From Escherichia phage AV111: 64,000 bases of DNA. The notes under the pieces are model-generated. The model was not told the origin of the DNA. It searched no databases and was given only the letters and a program-made list of their open reading frames with translations. The translations under genes were made by a program, and so were the position numbers. Of the stretch, positions 31,175-41,504 are shown one piece after another; the stretch's first letter is position 1, and every line of letters starts with the position of its first letter. The stretch lies in sequence record OR352941.1. The stretch is one strand, 5' to 3'.

Positions 31175-31828
31175 ATGGAACCAAAAGTAGGATTTTCATT
31201 AACAGACCTACTTTTTGGACTTCTTGATAGAATTTTTAAAGATACTACTTCCGGGAAAGTAGTTTTTTCCCGGGTCCTAGTCGTAATATTATTGTTCTTT
31301 ATGACATTGATTTGGTATAAAGGCGAGTATATTCTAAACTTTTATAAAGAGACTACTTATGCCTCTTATACTGAAATGATTAGACAAGACCAGGACAATA
31401 GATTTAAAATTGCGGCTATCGAGCAGCTCCGAATAGTGCATTCTTCTTCAGGCGCAGACTTCACAGCGGTATATTCTTTTAGACCTACCAACATGAATTA
31501 TTTTGTGGATATGGTGGCTTATGAGGGTAAATTACCGGAAACGGTAGACGCAAAAAATACGGGAGGGTTTCCGATTGACAAAACGTCAGTAGAGTATATG
31601 GCAGGTGTTAACGGGAACTATTTTGAATCCACTACAGAAACTGTGTTCCTTCCTACAAAGAAGAAAACACAATTCACGTATATGTTTTCATGCCCGTTTT
31701 TTAATTTGGATAACGTCTACGCCGGCTCGATATCATTATACTGGTATGATATCAAACCGGATTTAGGATTTCCTAGACTTTCGTCTATGTGTGGTCAGGC
31801 CGGGAGGACATTAGGTCGAACTCGTTAA
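31175..31828 (+). CDS. t: holin T, 217 aa
   Basis: N-terminal TM segment then large periplasmic domain; …FVDMVAYEGKLPE… and …SCPFFNLDNVYAGSISLYWY… match T4 T as recalled. Confidence 0.9.
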   Translation: MEPKVGFSLTDLLFGLLDRIFKDTTSGKVVFSRVLVVILLFFMTLIWYKGEYILNFYKETTYASYTEMIRQDQDNRFKIAAIEQLRIVHSSSGADFTAVYSFRPTNMNYFVDMVAYEGKLPETVDAKNTGGFPIDKTSVEYMAGVNGNYFESTTETVFLPTKKKTQFTYMFSCPFFNLDNVYAGSISLYWYDIKPDLGFPRLSSMCGQAGRTLGRTR

Positions 31829-32100
31829 AAATTGGAGGTATACATCATTAAGTAACGGTGTATATCTTCATACCCTTCATTAAATTGCTCAATAAGAGTA
31901 TCACGTTCATCTTCAGTTAAAGACTTAAAGAGTTTATTAAAAGATAGACCATTAAGTTCCTTTCCATGTTCATTACGAATACCTAGCTCGTTCAAAAAGG
32001 CAATAAACTCATCACGACGTTGCATGATGTCTTCACAATCCGTTTTAATTAAAATAGAAACAATAGTGGCAATTTCAGAAACGATTTCAATTTTAGTCAT
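31825..32100 (-). CDS. asiA: anti-sigma-70 factor AsiA, 91 aa
   Basis: …ATIVSILIK…FIAFLNELG… and …LIEQFNEGYEDIHRYLMMYT… match T4 AsiA as recalled. Confidence 0.85.
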   Translation of the reverse strand: MTKIEIVSEIATIVSILIKTDCEDIMQRRDEFIAFLNELGIRNEHGKELNGLSFNKLFKSLTEDERDTLIEQFNEGYEDIHRYLMMYTSNF

Positions 32101-32411
32101 TTTAATTTACTCAAGTATTCAATAGGACGTTCATTATTCAATAAGAATATTGTAACACTATTCTTCTAGGTTGTACATATGATTTTTCATCCGTACAACA
32201 TATTCCTGATATATCTCTTCTACTGGTTCCTGGAACTTAAAATCAGCTCCCAGGAATTCCTCAAAGCACTCCTGCTCACGTGTACGCATACCTGATATAG
32301 TATTCTCTAAGTTATGACTAATAGCCTTTACCCTTATGTTTCTGTTTACGCTTAGACTCTTTAAAGTTTTTCTTCTTGTCCTTATGGACAGACGCCTTAT
32401 TGAAATCGTGC

Positions 32412-32693
32412 TTAGCTACCAGATTGTTCATGCAATCTCCTTAATTGATATTCGAGAGAACTAATAATTTCTTTATTAGTTGCGATATACATATCACGCA
32501 GGAAAGGCTTCAATCCTACCATGCTTTCATAAAATGTCTTAGAACTAATATCCTTTATATATTCATGGTCTAAAGCGTCCCATGCCGGTTGGTTAACATA
32601 AGTACCCCAGTTATCTTCCATCATAGCATTCAGGCGTTTGATATGATTAATGTGGGCTTCGATTGCGTCAATTTGGAGTTGTTTAAGATTCAT
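32412..32693 (-). CDS. hypothetical protein, 93 aa (arn position)
   Basis: ORF track; sits where T4 has arn but sequence identity not confirmed. Confidence 0.45.
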   Translation of the reverse strand: MNLKQLQIDAIEAHINHIKRLNAMMEDNWGTYVNQPAWDALDHEYIKDISSKTFYESMVGLKPFLRDMYIATNKEIISSLEYQLRRLHEQSGS

Positions 32694-33154
32694 TAGTAAA
32701 GGTCCTCAGAGTAAAGTTCTTTTTCACTACCACCACGTTCAATACGAACTTGATTAGCATATGTTGCAATAATCATTGCTTCTTCACGCGTCCAGTAATT
32801 AGAGTATTGGTCAATAAAACCTTGGTCGTCACCACAAACTTGTTGCGAGACTAATTGAGGACCAACTATATCAAGTACTTCAGCCATATCTTTAGAGTAA
32901 TGACGAACTCCAGGAATAATCAGAGTTCCGCCGCTCTTCAATTTAAACCTATTAGCTGCACATACTATAACACGTTGAACTTTTTGGTCATTGTTCCAAT
33001 AGCACGTTTGCCAACAGATTTCAGGAACTTCATTCATTATATCATCAGCAGAATAATTATAACCGTAGGACTGGAATTTTTCTGCTAGACTTTCAGGAGT
33101 CTCACGAGACAAGGCCAAATCTAATAGCTCTAAACGTTCTTTAAATGATTTCAT
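32693..33154 (-). CDS. hypothetical protein, 153 aa
   Basis: ORF track. Confidence 0.5.
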   Translation of the reverse strand: MKSFKERLELLDLALSRETPESLAEKFQSYGYNYSADDIMNEVPEICWQTCYWNNDQKVQRVIVCAANRFKLKSGGTLIIPGVRHYSKDMAEVLDIVGPQLVSQQVCGDDQGFIDQYSNYWTREEAMIIATYANQVRIERGGSEKELYSEDLY

Positions 33155-33480
33155 TTAAACCATTCCTTAATACGTTGCCAAATAGATTTTTGTGCTTGTT
33201 TATTTACACCAATCGAACGAATAACCGGTTGTGACTGCTGATATTCTTTATAATCTTCTTTATAGATTTCGTAAGCCGCATCAACAAATGAACTGATCGC
33301 TGCCATGTAGTTTTTACGAAGGCCAAATGGCGCATCATTATTTTCACGAATAACCATATATTGGCCTGCTTTAATCTTTACAATTGTCCCTAAATAAGCC
33401 CCGTGGTACCAAATATCCCATCCTTCCTGAGTAGGTTCTGCACATTTACGAAGTTCGTTAATAATATTCAGCTTATTCAT
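33151..33480 (-). CDS. hypothetical protein, 109 aa
   Basis: ORF track. Confidence 0.5.
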   Translation of the reverse strand: MNKLNIINELRKCAEPTQEGWDIWYHGAYLGTIVKIKAGQYMVIRENNDAPFGLRKNYMAAISSFVDAAYEIYKEDYKEYQQSQPVIRSIGVNKQAQKSIWQRIKEWFK

Positions 33481-33490
33481 TATGTATTCC

Positions 33491-34123
33491 TCACAGTACG
33501 TTAGTTACAAGGGTAATGATTTCTTTGGACACATTAGGGAAGTCAATGTAAGTATATTTACCACCGATCTTAATCTTAACATCATTTTCAAGAGAAGTAA
33601 ACAGCTTTGATTCAGTTTCTGACATGTTGTATGCAAAGATTCTAAGAGCACCATCTCGACGAATTTCGATCTGACGAATACCTAGAACTCGTTTTGCAAA
33701 TCGAACTTCTAAGTTACTACGGTTTTCACCAATTTCTTTAACTTCAACTTTATCTTTAATATTTTCAAAAACAAAGTTTGCTAATTCATGCATTTCAGGA
33801 GTAACTCCACGTGCTTTTCTGGTGTTACGTTTCTGAAGAAGTTCTGGAGCATTTTCTTGGGCAAATAGGTCTGCAGCTTTTTGGATAATATCCATTGCTT
33901 CGCCTGTTGCTATAAGTCCATCACCAGATTTTTCGACTAAACCTTTCTTAATCAATACACCAATGTTAGAGTTAACAACTGATGCATTGTATTCTGCTTC
34001 CAGAGCTTCACGGACATTGGCAGCAGTGGTGAAGTTGTTCTTAATGATATAAACCATTATTGCAGCAGTTTTTTCATTCAGAACGTTTTCAGAAGCTTTG
34101 ATGATGTAAGTAACTTTAGACAT
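33491..34123 (-). CDS. motA: middle-promoter transcription activator MotA, 210 aa
   Basis: MSKVTYIIKAS...NSNIGVLIKKGLVEKSGDGLI... matches T4 MotA. Confidence 0.85.
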   Translation of the reverse strand: MSKVTYIIKASENVLNEKTAAIMVYIIKNNFTTAANVREALEAEYNASVVNSNIGVLIKKGLVEKSGDGLIATGEAMDIIQKAADLFAQENAPELLQKRNTRKARGVTPEMHELANFVFENIKDKVEVKEIGENRSNLEVRFAKRVLGIRQIEIRRDGALRIFAYNMSETESKLFTSLENDVKIKIGGKYTYIDFPNVSKEIITLVTNVL

Positions 34124-34153
34124 TTTATTTCTCCAATTTGGTTGTTTTGTTTT

Positions 34154-34191
34154 GATAGGTCTATAATATCATGTTTGAAGCACATGTAAAC
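34154..34191 (-). promoter_or_regulatory. T4-type early promoter for motA
   Basis: plus-strand gtaaac 34186-34191; ataggtctataatatcat 34154-34171. Confidence 0.45.
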
Positions 34192-34214
34192 TGTTTTGTG
34201 AGGAAAAAAATGCA

Positions 34215-34236
34215 CAAAAGGGAGCCGAAGCTCCCT
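34215..34236 (-). terminator. hairpin GGGAGC-UUCG-GCUCCC 3' of gene 52
   Basis: gggagccgaagctccc at 34218-34233. Confidence 0.45.
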
Positions 34237-34311
34237 AATCATGCATGTCCAACCAATACAGCCAAATCACTAGTGCAGCTATTGCACCGAGAAATCCTAA
34301 GGCTAGGGCAC

Positions 34312-35637
34312 TCAAAGTGCCTCCAAGTCTTTAGTGTACTCTGTCACAACATCAGTAGACTTCCAATACTCATTTTCTTCTTTCTTAGCTTTAGCTTCTT
34401 CTGCTAGTTTACGTGCTTCATCGGAAGTGATATGGAAGATGTTAAGACCTACCAGTTTATCGACATGTTCTTTATACATTTCGATTTGTGCTAGCTCTTC
34501 AGTCAAAGCTTTACGAGTCTTGCCCTGAATCACAATTTCGCCGCTGATAACTTTTTTGATGAAGTGTGCCTTAGCAAAAGCAAGTTTAAATGCTTTTTCA
34601 GATTCAATGATTTTGTTATCAATACGTTTCTGAACGTAAGTCTTACGGACTTCAACAAAATCTTTGATTAAGTCCACTACGTTATCATAGACCGCTAATT
34701 TACCCTTTTCATTAATCACTGTGATGTTTTGTGAACGACGTTCTATGAGACTAAAATCTTTCATGATTTTTTCATGACGTAGCTCTTCATCATCAGGAAG
34801 CGAGTACTCTTTACGGAACTTCACCTTAAACCCAAAGCCGTGTTCACCGCAATCATCTTCCCATGAGATTAGACCTTTGTCTTCCAACGGGTCAAGAACC
34901 TTACTCACATACGTTTCACGGTCGAATTTATATGGGATTTCAGTTATCTGCATTTGAGTGCGAGATGTGAACTTATATGTTCCGTGAATCTCATAACGCC
35001 CATCAACTTCATGTACTTCACCACGGAATTCCGGGAATTCAACTTTTGGCTTAGTGACATTTTTACCTTGAAGAGCTTGTAATACAGCCTTTTTTACCGA
35101 TTTAAAACTATGAGGCAGAATATTTGTTGCGTAACCGGTTGCAATACCAGAGACGCCATTCAAAAGAACTGTCGGAATAATAGGAAGATAGAATTTTGGT
35201 GGAATGTGTTCTTTATCTTCATGAGCTGGAGCATATTCAGTATCTTTATATACGTTATAGAAATTTTTACTTACACGAGCAAAAATATAACGAGATGCTG
35301 CAGCTTTTTGGACTGTTCGAGAACCAAAGTTGCCTTGGCCATCTAACAGTGGATAGTTGTTGTTCCATGTGTTAGCCATCAATGCACCTGCATCTTGTGC
35401 AGAAGATTCACCATGGTGATAACCTAAATCTGCAACACCGCCTGCAATTGACGCAAGTTTATGAAATTTTTCTTTATTGCCACGAGCCAAATCTAACGCA
35501 CGATGAACCACAAAACGTTGAACCGGCTTAAATCCATCAATCATGTTTGGGATTGCACGGTTTTCAACGGTGTACATCGCATATGCTAAGGCTTCGTTAT
35601 CAATAATACTTTTTAGATTACGAGAATTCAATTGCAT
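34312..35637 (-). CDS. 52: DNA topoisomerase II medium subunit gp52 (GyrA-like cleavage-religation subunit), 441 aa
   Basis: …AIPNMIDGFKPVQRFV… GyrA-type active-site region; size and position as in T4. Confidence 0.9.
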   Translation of the reverse strand: MQLNSRNLKSIIDNEALAYAMYTVENRAIPNMIDGFKPVQRFVVHRALDLARGNKEKFHKLASIAGGVADLGYHHGESSAQDAGALMANTWNNNYPLLDGQGNFGSRTVQKAAASRYIFARVSKNFYNVYKDTEYAPAHEDKEHIPPKFYLPIIPTVLLNGVSGIATGYATNILPHSFKSVKKAVLQALQGKNVTKPKVEFPEFRGEVHEVDGRYEIHGTYKFTSRTQMQITEIPYKFDRETYVSKVLDPLEDKGLISWEDDCGEHGFGFKVKFRKEYSLPDDEELRHEKIMKDFSLIERRSQNITVINEKGKLAVYDNVVDLIKDFVEVRKTYVQKRIDNKIIESEKAFKLAFAKAHFIKKVISGEIVIQGKTRKALTEELAQIEMYKEHVDKLVGLNIFHITSDEARKLAEEAKAKKEENEYWKSTDVVTEYTKDLEAL

Positions 35638-35641
35638 ATTT

Positions 35642-35782
35642 TCACCATATTAATGAACGAATAACCATTATAACATCCGAAATGAAAAGCACTACTTGGA
35701 TTAGTCCAAACATCACACCGTAGTACAGAACCGTAAGCAACAACAAGAGCCCGAAGGCTCCTGCTAAGATTTTCTTAATCAT
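35642..35782 (-). CDS. small hydrophobic protein, 46 aa
   Basis: Hand-translated MIKKILAGAFGLLLLLTVLYYGVMFGLIQVVLFISDVIMVIRSLIW; ATG overlaps upstream stop (TAATG). Confidence 0.35.
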   Translation of the reverse strand: MIKKILAGAFGLLLLLTVLYYGVMFGLIQVVLFISDVIMVIRSLIW

Positions 35783-35928
35783 TACTCGCCTTTTAACACG
35801 TTAAAAAGAGCTAAGACCGCTAAGGTGCCTTGTGATACGGCCTGTTGAAATACCGTTGTTTCGCCTGTAACTAAAGTGTTAACGAATAAAAACGACCAAC
35901 ACAACAATGCAATAATCCATGATACCAT
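35782..35928 (-). CDS. small hydrophobic protein, 48 aa
   Basis: Hand-translated MVSWIIALLCWSFLFVNTLVTGETTVFQQAVSQGTLAVLALFNVLKGE; GAGGTAATTAAAATG start context. Confidence 0.35.
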   Translation of the reverse strand: MVSWIIALLCWSFLFVNTLVTGETTVFQQAVSQGTLAVLALFNVLKGE

Positions 35929-35980
35929 TTTAATTACCTCAAAAATAAATTAAAGGCCCAACTTAATAGGCCTGTATAAA

Positions 35981-36427
35981 TTAGTAACTCTGCAGAATGA
36001 ATTTGAAATTATCTGCCAGAAGACGGTTCATTTCAGTGAGTGTTTGATATTCTGATGTATGGTTGCGAGTGAATGCCAGAGCCAATTGACCTTTACCATA
36101 ACCAGTGGTCAGTGGTTTCATGTTCTTAGCTGCAACAAAGATTACATCATATTCAATATTGTTAGTGCCCATGGTACGGGCTAGTTGTGAACGGCCTTGA
36201 CGAATGTGAGAAAGAATTGCATCCAACCCTTGTTTAGAACGTTGACGTCCTACAAAGAATCGTGCTGCTACTTGTCGCCAATCAGATGAACCTTTAACAA
36301 AGAAGTAAAAACCTTCACGAGAACGAAACTCTTTAGAAACTTCAGAACCGTATTCGCCATTACGAACTACTGCAACAACTTCACCACCAACTGCCAGAAG
36401 GTCTTTACGAGTTAAATATTTGGACAT
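35981..36427 (-). CDS. ndd: nucleoid disruption protein Ndd, 148 aa
   Basis: …[28 protein letters not shown]… and …[40 protein letters not shown]… match T4 Ndd as recalled. Confidence 0.85.
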   Translation of the reverse strand: MSKYLTRKDLLAVGGEVVAVVRNGEYGSEVSKEFRSREGFYFFVKGSSDWRQVAARFFVGRQRSKQGLDAILSHIRQGRSQLARTMGTNNIEYDVIFVAAKNMKPLTTGYGKGQLALAFTRNHTSEYQTLTEMNRLLADNFKFILQSY

Positions 36428-36472
36428 GCTAATTTCCTCAATTGATTAATGTTTTTGTAATCCATGAGAGCA

Positions 36473-36500
36473 TTATACTCTGCTCTCAAGAGTTTGTACA
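36473..36500 (-). promoter_or_regulatory. T4-type early promoter for ndd; -10 TATAAT flanked by GAGAGCA / TGCTCTC inverted repeat
   Basis: plus-strand attata 36473-36478, tttgtaca 36493-36500; arms covary with the 6867 promoter. Confidence 0.5.
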
Positions 36501-36503
36501 ATT

Positions 36504-36704
36504 TTATTCGGCTATATCAGAACGTTCAAAAAGCTCTTCAACAGTTAAACATTCAGTGTCATCTTCAATAAAGAATCGAGTCCAACACGTTGGGGCGATA
36601 CAGTTATGAGTTTGTCCGGCTATAGAAGCTACACGAATAAGCTGCTGGCCATTATTCAGGACAAATTTTTCACCAATTTCAACATCTTTAAAAAGCTTAG
36701 CCAT
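36504..36704 (-). CDS. hypothetical protein, 66 aa
   Basis: ORF track. Confidence 0.45.
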   Translation of the reverse strand: MAKLFKDVEIGEKFVLNNGQQLIRVASIAGQTHNCIAPTCWTRFFIEDDTECLTVEELFERSDIAE

Positions 36705-36730
36705 TTTGTTTTCCTCTTGATTTGATGTGA

Positions 36731-36762
36731 TTACTATACCATAATCCTATCGTGATGTAAAC
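36731..36762 (-). promoter_or_regulatory. T4-type early promoter
   Basis: plus-strand gtaaac 36757-36762; ttactatacc 36731-36740. Confidence 0.4.
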
Positions 36763-36954
36763 AATTAAATTACATTAAAATATGTTAAAGCCAACCATGT
36801 TCCAGTGAACGAACATGCAATGTAAAAACCAGTATCACAAATTGTTCTTAGTACAATAAGAAGTGCATTTTTCATAAGTACCTCAATGCAATTGAAAATA
36901 TTATACAAATCATAGGGATACTAAGCAACCATATTCCAATCCACATTTTAGAGC

Positions 36955-37218
36955 TCATATCTCAACTTCCGCGAGTTCCATATATCCTTTGTTGATAACC
37001 TCTTTAAGGTCTTTAGAAAGAATGACATTAAAATGGTCGTTCATATGTCCATTAACTAAACGAGTTATTTCGGCTTCAGATGACATATAAGGCACGTCCG
37101 AGTCCCAATGAGATAGACCCAAATGGGTATAAATCATCCCTTCGTCGTCTGCAGTGTTGTACATTGAAACAAATTCGCCTGTTACTTTATGTTTTGCGTA
37201 GAAAAATTTAAATTTCAT
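36955..37218 (-). CDS. hypothetical protein, 87 aa
   Basis: ORF track. Confidence 0.5.
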   Translation of the reverse strand: MKFKFFYAKHKVTGEFVSMYNTADDEGMIYTHLGLSHWDSDVPYMSSEAEITRLVNGHMNDHFNVILSKDLKEVINKGYMELAEVEI

Positions 37219-37242
37219 GATGTTATCCTCTTTTAGATAGGA

Positions 37243-37274
37243 CTACTATATCATAGTCCTACTTAGTTGTAAAC
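37243..37274 (-). promoter_or_regulatory. T4-type early promoter, -10 flanked by TAGGACT / AGTCCTA inverted repeat
   Basis: plus-strand gtaaac 37269-37274; actactatatcat 37243-37255. Confidence 0.4.
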
Positions 37275-37286
37275 ACTTTTATGAAA

Positions 37287-37844
37287 TTAAAGATGAAGAT
37301 ACCACCCGTTGTAGTTGCTCTTGCGGACGATTTTCTTTAGGTCTTCATGGTCTCCCACGAACTTTATAGAATAGGAGAAGACGTCAGGTGAGGTTTCTTT
37401 GACATCTAATATAATAATGCAATCTGCGACTCGATGGTTCAAGAAGGGCCCTATATTGATTCCATTACCACCAGGATAATCACCACTGTATCCTGTGGTA
37501 ACCGAAATCCATTTAGAATCTATCTGGTGCGTCTTGACTTCGACACGCAACCCGCAATATTTAGGATGAGCTAACACGTCCCATGCATACGTGTACGGGT
37601 CTTCTACGTCTTCAATACCTTTATTAACATATCCATCTAGCCAATTTGCTACTACATACTCTGCAAAGACCGCAACCTTACAACGTCGAACAACGTCTTC
37701 TTTTATTTGACCTGGATCTTGTTTCAACGAGTACCGAGCAGTATCAGCGATCTTAACCTTCATTTCGCTAGTCAAAAACTCATTCGACAGGATAAATGTC
37801 GGAAGACTCTTCAGCCTCAACAGCCCCAAGTTCGTCTTTACCAT
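37287..37844 (-). CDS. denB: probable endonuclease IV (DenB), about 185 aa
   Basis: Position immediately downstream of rIIB as in T4; start chosen at MVKTNLG... to give the T4 DenB length; no motif confirmed. Confidence 0.45.
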   Translation of the reverse strand: MVKTNLGLLRLKSLPTFILSNEFLTSEMKVKIADTARYSLKQDPGQIKEDVVRRCKVAVFAEYVVANWLDGYVNKGIEDVEDPYTYAWDVLAHPKYCGLRVEVKTHQIDSKWISVTTGYSGDYPGGNGINIGPFLNHRVADCIIILDVKETSPDVFSYSIKFVGDHEDLKKIVRKSNYNGWYLHL

Positions 37845-38067
37845 AGATACCTCTGATGTGTAGTTCGCCAAAATAAATGCGGTCACCTTCTTCAAGATAT
37901 TCTGCATCTACAGGCGGAATTTCAATAACAACTTCGTCGCATTCTAACCAGCCGTAGTGTGCATCACCAGGATGTTTTACCAATTTAGCGCAATAAACTG
38001 ATTTACACTTATGATGACCACGAAGATTAGCAATTTTGGATTCTGATACGTCAAATGGATGAATCAT
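37780..38067 (-). CDS. hypothetical protein, 95 aa
   Basis: ORF track; overlaps the 5' end of the denB-like ORF. Confidence 0.4.
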   Translation of the reverse strand: MIHPFDVSESKIANLRGHHKCKSVYCAKLVKHPGDAHYGWLECDEVVIEIPPVDAEYLEEGDRIYFGELHIRGIYGKDELGAVEAEESSDIYPVE

Positions 38068-38077
38068 AATTACCCCT

Positions 38078-38103
38078 AAAGAAAAAAGGGGACCGAAGTC
38101 CCC
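38078..38103 (-). terminator. intrinsic terminator 3' of rIIB (GGGGAC-UUCG-GUCCCC + U6)
   Basis: ggggaccgaagtcccc at 38087-38102 preceded on plus strand by aaaaaa. Confidence 0.55.
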
Positions 38104-38108
38104 AATTA

Positions 38109-39044
38109 TTATTCTGCAAATAATTCAGTAACGTCTGAAATTACTTCATAACGACAAGTACGCATCTTAGCATCACCATAGTCAACTGGGATAGATACAA
38201 CATCACGTGGATGAACTTTAACCTTAACAACTTTATCTGAGCTAGAACCAAAGTAACGAATATATGATTTAGCACAAACATGTAGACCACGGGAGCAGGT
38301 TTGAGTATCATCATCGTTAACACGAGTACGAGGCATTGAAACAACTTTACCAGGCGAGTTATCAAATGTGCCGCTATAGCAATCTAAATAGTCTTTACGA
38401 ACTACTTTCCACGCATAGAAATGCCCATCTTCAGTGATTTCAATATCGTTTGCAACCAAGAAGTCGAATAAACGTTGTACAGCTTTTTCGCTTGGGTTTT
38501 CTAACAGGTTTTCAAGGAACGGCAGATAGAATTTAAAGTCTTCGCCTTTTTCCATGGAATCAATAATACGATTAACCAGTCCTGAACGAATCTCTATACC
38601 TTGATAAAATAAACTACCACCTTCAATAGTAACATTACCATCAACAAACTTAGTAATAGCTTTCTTGATGTTAATAAGTTCGACAGCTTTACTAAGGTTT
38701 CCTGCGACCAGATTAGCTTTAATTTCTTCAAAATTTGCATGACTTGATGGGGTCGCATTGTATGCTACGCGTCCTTCAATAATTGAAATAAATTTAGATG
38801 ACGCGTTCCATACGATTTCAGGACGATGTCCGCCGATAATAGGTTCATCATTTTCTGGGACCTGTTCTTCGTCTTCAAATTCAGCTGCTTTCTCTTCAGC
38901 TTTAAAATTCTTAACAATCTTACGAAGAGTATCTGTTGAAATGTCAAAGTAATCGGCAATTTCTTTACGGGTCCATTTGCCTGATTTAACCAGGCCATAA
39001 GCTTCTAACTGTTCTTCTTGGGACAAGCATTTGATATTGTACAT
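38109..39044 (-). CDS. rIIB: rIIB membrane-associated protein, 311 aa
   Basis: MYNIKCL... and long C-terminal identity blocks with T4 rIIB (…EGGSLFYQ…, …RLFDFLVANDIEITEDG…FYAWKVVR…). Confidence 0.9.
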   Translation of the reverse strand: MYNIKCLSQEEQLEAYGLVKSGKWTRKEIADYFDISTDTLRKIVKNFKAEEKAAEFEDEEQVPENDEPIIGGHRPEIVWNASSKFISIIEGRVAYNATPSSHANFEEIKANLVAGNLSKAVELINIKKAITKFVDGNVTIEGGSLFYQGIEIRSGLVNRIIDSMEKGEDFKFYLPFLENLLENPSEKAVQRLFDFLVANDIEITEDGHFYAWKVVRKDYLDCYSGTFDNSPGKVVSMPRTRVNDDDTQTCSRGLHVCAKSYIRYFGSSSDKVVKVKVHPRDVVSIPVDYGDAKMRTCRYEVISDVTELFAE

Positions 39045-39053
39045 AATGTTTCC

Positions 39054-41267
39054 TTATTTGGCCGCTTCCACGGCCTTCATGAATTTAACGATTTGAGCGA
39101 CCTGTTCTTTGGAAAGAGTACCACGTCGTCCCATGTATTCTGACACAATATGATAATTGGTTTCGAATTCAATAACCATTTTATCATCATTATCGTAAGC
39201 ATTATCTTTAAGCTTATCGAAAATTTTAGCACACAATTCTAACTTCCTGTTCAGGTCTCTGTTATCAGCGCCTGCGAATCGATTCCATCCCCAGCGATTA
39301 TTTACTGTTGAGAGTTTTGCAAAGTCTTTACTGATTTCTTTGTTCTTAGAGCTAAAATACTTACTAAGGAAGTTAAGCTCTTCATTACGAGTAATATGAT
39401 TCAAATAAGGCTGTGCTCTACGACTTGGTGATACATACTCATCATAATCTACTTTATCGATTAGCATAATATAGTCATTAATTGATTTTTCAAACAAGCA
39501 TTCTACTTCACCAAGTTTACGAACTTTCTTAGCAATCTGTGGGCGAACTACAGTGAACTCTTTAATACCTGACAAATCGGCAATACGAGTCAAGAAACTA
39601 GAATCATAGTTCAACCAACCTTTATCTGCGTCAAGACATTCGGCGTTAGAACGATTACGAATTACAACATAACCTTGAATCTCATCAGCTTTACCGGCCG
39701 GAATAAAGAGATCTTCTGATACCCAAACATCGTTTTCATTCTTAAAGAACCGATGAGCACTTGGGGATTTAGGACGAGGTTGCGATGAACGTTCTTTAAC
39801 TTCAATCCACGGTTTAACTAATGCAAGAATTTCAGAGGTCTTATAAAATTTAAGGCTATCACCAGCGAAAATAACCTTTAATCGTTCCAGAAGTTTCATT
39901 GCAACTTCATCTTCCGGGTTAATGAATAATACGCTACTACCCCGTCCGGAAGGAACCTTATCAACGAGTGTTGATGCATCTGTGGAAGTCAAAGCATCGT
40001 TCAGAGCACGCATCATGGGTACGCGGCCTTTCACATCGTCAATAACAATATCAATATGCTTACGACTAATACCTAGCAGGCTATTAATTGAAATAGTTGC
40101 AGACGAGCTTCCGCTTTCACGAATACGACGAAGTCGTGGGTCTGAAACGATATCGTATACAACACCAAGGTTGCACCATTCAGGTCCCATTTTAAAACGT
40201 TTGTACAACTCGGAATAAGTTAGTTGTTCTTTAGAGTATTTCAGTGATTCAATATTAGACCCGGCTTTTTCCATGTATTTACGAGCAGAGTAACCAAGAG
40301 AATCGATTTCACGGAATACATGACGTGGATATTCACAATCAATCCATTTCTTAGAATCTTCAGCAAATAATTTTGCATCGATTTCTGCAACGCGTTTATG
40401 GATATTTGCTACTGTACGTTTATCAAATGACAATGCTTCACGAGACGGGGCTACATCTAGTTCACCCATAGGGAATTTAATATAAGCTGTAGTGCATCGC
40501 GTCATCATCCATGTTTGTTCTTTAATAACACTTCCAATTGGATATACAATACCACCGTAAACAGCCATGATATTACCACGTTCACCCCATGGAGCTTCCT
40601 TGGCCAAATATACATCGTCAAATTCAGGGAAGTATTTAATATCTTTAACACCACGAACTTCTGCAATATCACCTAGAGGACGCATAACATATGCAATTTC
40701 GGATGCGAACTTTTCAAAATCTTCTGGGTTAACAGGCACAACTACTTCAACGCCGGTCCGGTCATCAGGACCCATCTTATCTACAAAGGTCGGCTTAATT
40801 TGTGGACCCGTGTCATCTTGGTAGATTACGTAACCACGAACTTCGCCGTTGTGATAAGACGTAAGGTTAAACGTATCGGTATATGCTAGCGGAGCTTTAG
40901 AGCCGAGTCCGAATCCACCAATGAAATCGTTACTCGATGTTTTAGTTGAAGCAAAATATGAGTTATAGATTCCTGGCTCTTCGTCATTACCTCGAATGGT
41001 GAAATCACTCATACCAGGACCAAAGTCTCGAACTACAAAACGTGGGTCTAAACGACCTGGAGCCTGAACAATAAACTTATCAGTGCAACCATTAAGAATT
41101 TGTCCATCAATACAGTTTGTGATTAATTCACGTACACAAGCCAATTCTTTGTTTGTATAAAGGTCGTTAGACAAAATCTTATAAACTTTGCTATTGCCTT
41201 GAATAGTGAATGCTGTGCTCTTACCGCCTGAACCAATAATCGTTTCTTTAGCCGTTTCAATAATCAT
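39054..41267 (-). CDS. rIIA: rIIA protein (GHKL ATPase-like), 737 aa
   Basis: Size, position adjacent to rIIB, N-terminal ATPase-like region. Confidence 0.9.
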   Translation of the reverse strand: MIIETAKETIIGSGGKSTAFTIQGNSKVYKILSNDLYTNKELACVRELITNCIDGQILNGCTDKFIVQAPGRLDPRFVVRDFGPGMSDFTIRGNDEEPGIYNSYFASTKTSSNDFIGGFGLGSKAPLAYTDTFNLTSYHNGEVRGYVIYQDDTGPQIKPTFVDKMGPDDRTGVEVVVPVNPEDFEKFASEIAYVMRPLGDIAEVRGVKDIKYFPEFDDVYLAKEAPWGERGNIMAVYGGIVYPIGSVIKEQTWMMTRCTTAYIKFPMGELDVAPSREALSFDKRTVANIHKRVAEIDAKLFAEDSKKWIDCEYPRHVFREIDSLGYSARKYMEKAGSNIESLKYSKEQLTYSELYKRFKMGPEWCNLGVVYDIVSDPRLRRIRESGSSSATISINSLLGISRKHIDIVIDDVKGRVPMMRALNDALTSTDASTLVDKVPSGRGSSVLFINPEDEVAMKLLERLKVIFAGDSLKFYKTSEILALVKPWIEVKERSSQPRPKSPSAHRFFKNENDVWVSEDLFIPAGKADEIQGYVVIRNRSNAECLDADKGWLNYDSSFLTRIADLSGIKEFTVVRPQIAKKVRKLGEVECLFEKSINDYIMLIDKVDYDEYVSPSRRAQPYLNHITRNEELNFLSKYFSSKNKEISKDFAKLSTVNNRWGWNRFAGADNRDLNRKLELCAKIFDKLKDNAYDNDDKMVIEFETNYHIVSEYMGRRGTLSKEQVAQIVKFMKAVEAAK

Positions 41268-41279
41268 ATTTTTCTCTCA

Positions 41280-41480
41280 TCACAAGTTACGTTTAAAAAT
41301 TTCTGCTACTTCAAGAAGTTCTTCTTTAGTAGCTGTATCGGTTTGTATTTTATATCGAATTTCCTTAAAGCGTTCTTTAAAGGCTTCAGCTGATTCGATA
41401 TCAAAAAATCTTTGGATAAGCCGGAATTCCCGGAGCACTGCTTTATCAAAAAGTTCCAAGTCCACGTTATACGTTCTCAT
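41280..41480 (-). CDS. hypothetical protein, 66 aa (rIIA.1 position)
   Basis: ORF track. Confidence 0.5.
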   Translation of the reverse strand: MRTYNVDLELFDKAVLREFRLIQRFFDIESAEAFKERFKEIRYKIQTDTATKEELLEVAEIFKRNL

Positions 41481-41504
41481 AATATTCTCTTCAGTAGATT
41501 CCTA

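Noticed and set aside
34171-34407. Plus-strand 78-aa ORF spanning the motA-52 intergenic region
   Set aside because: It covers the minus-strand early promoter and terminator hairpin and the 3' end of gene 52; no SD; likely spurious.
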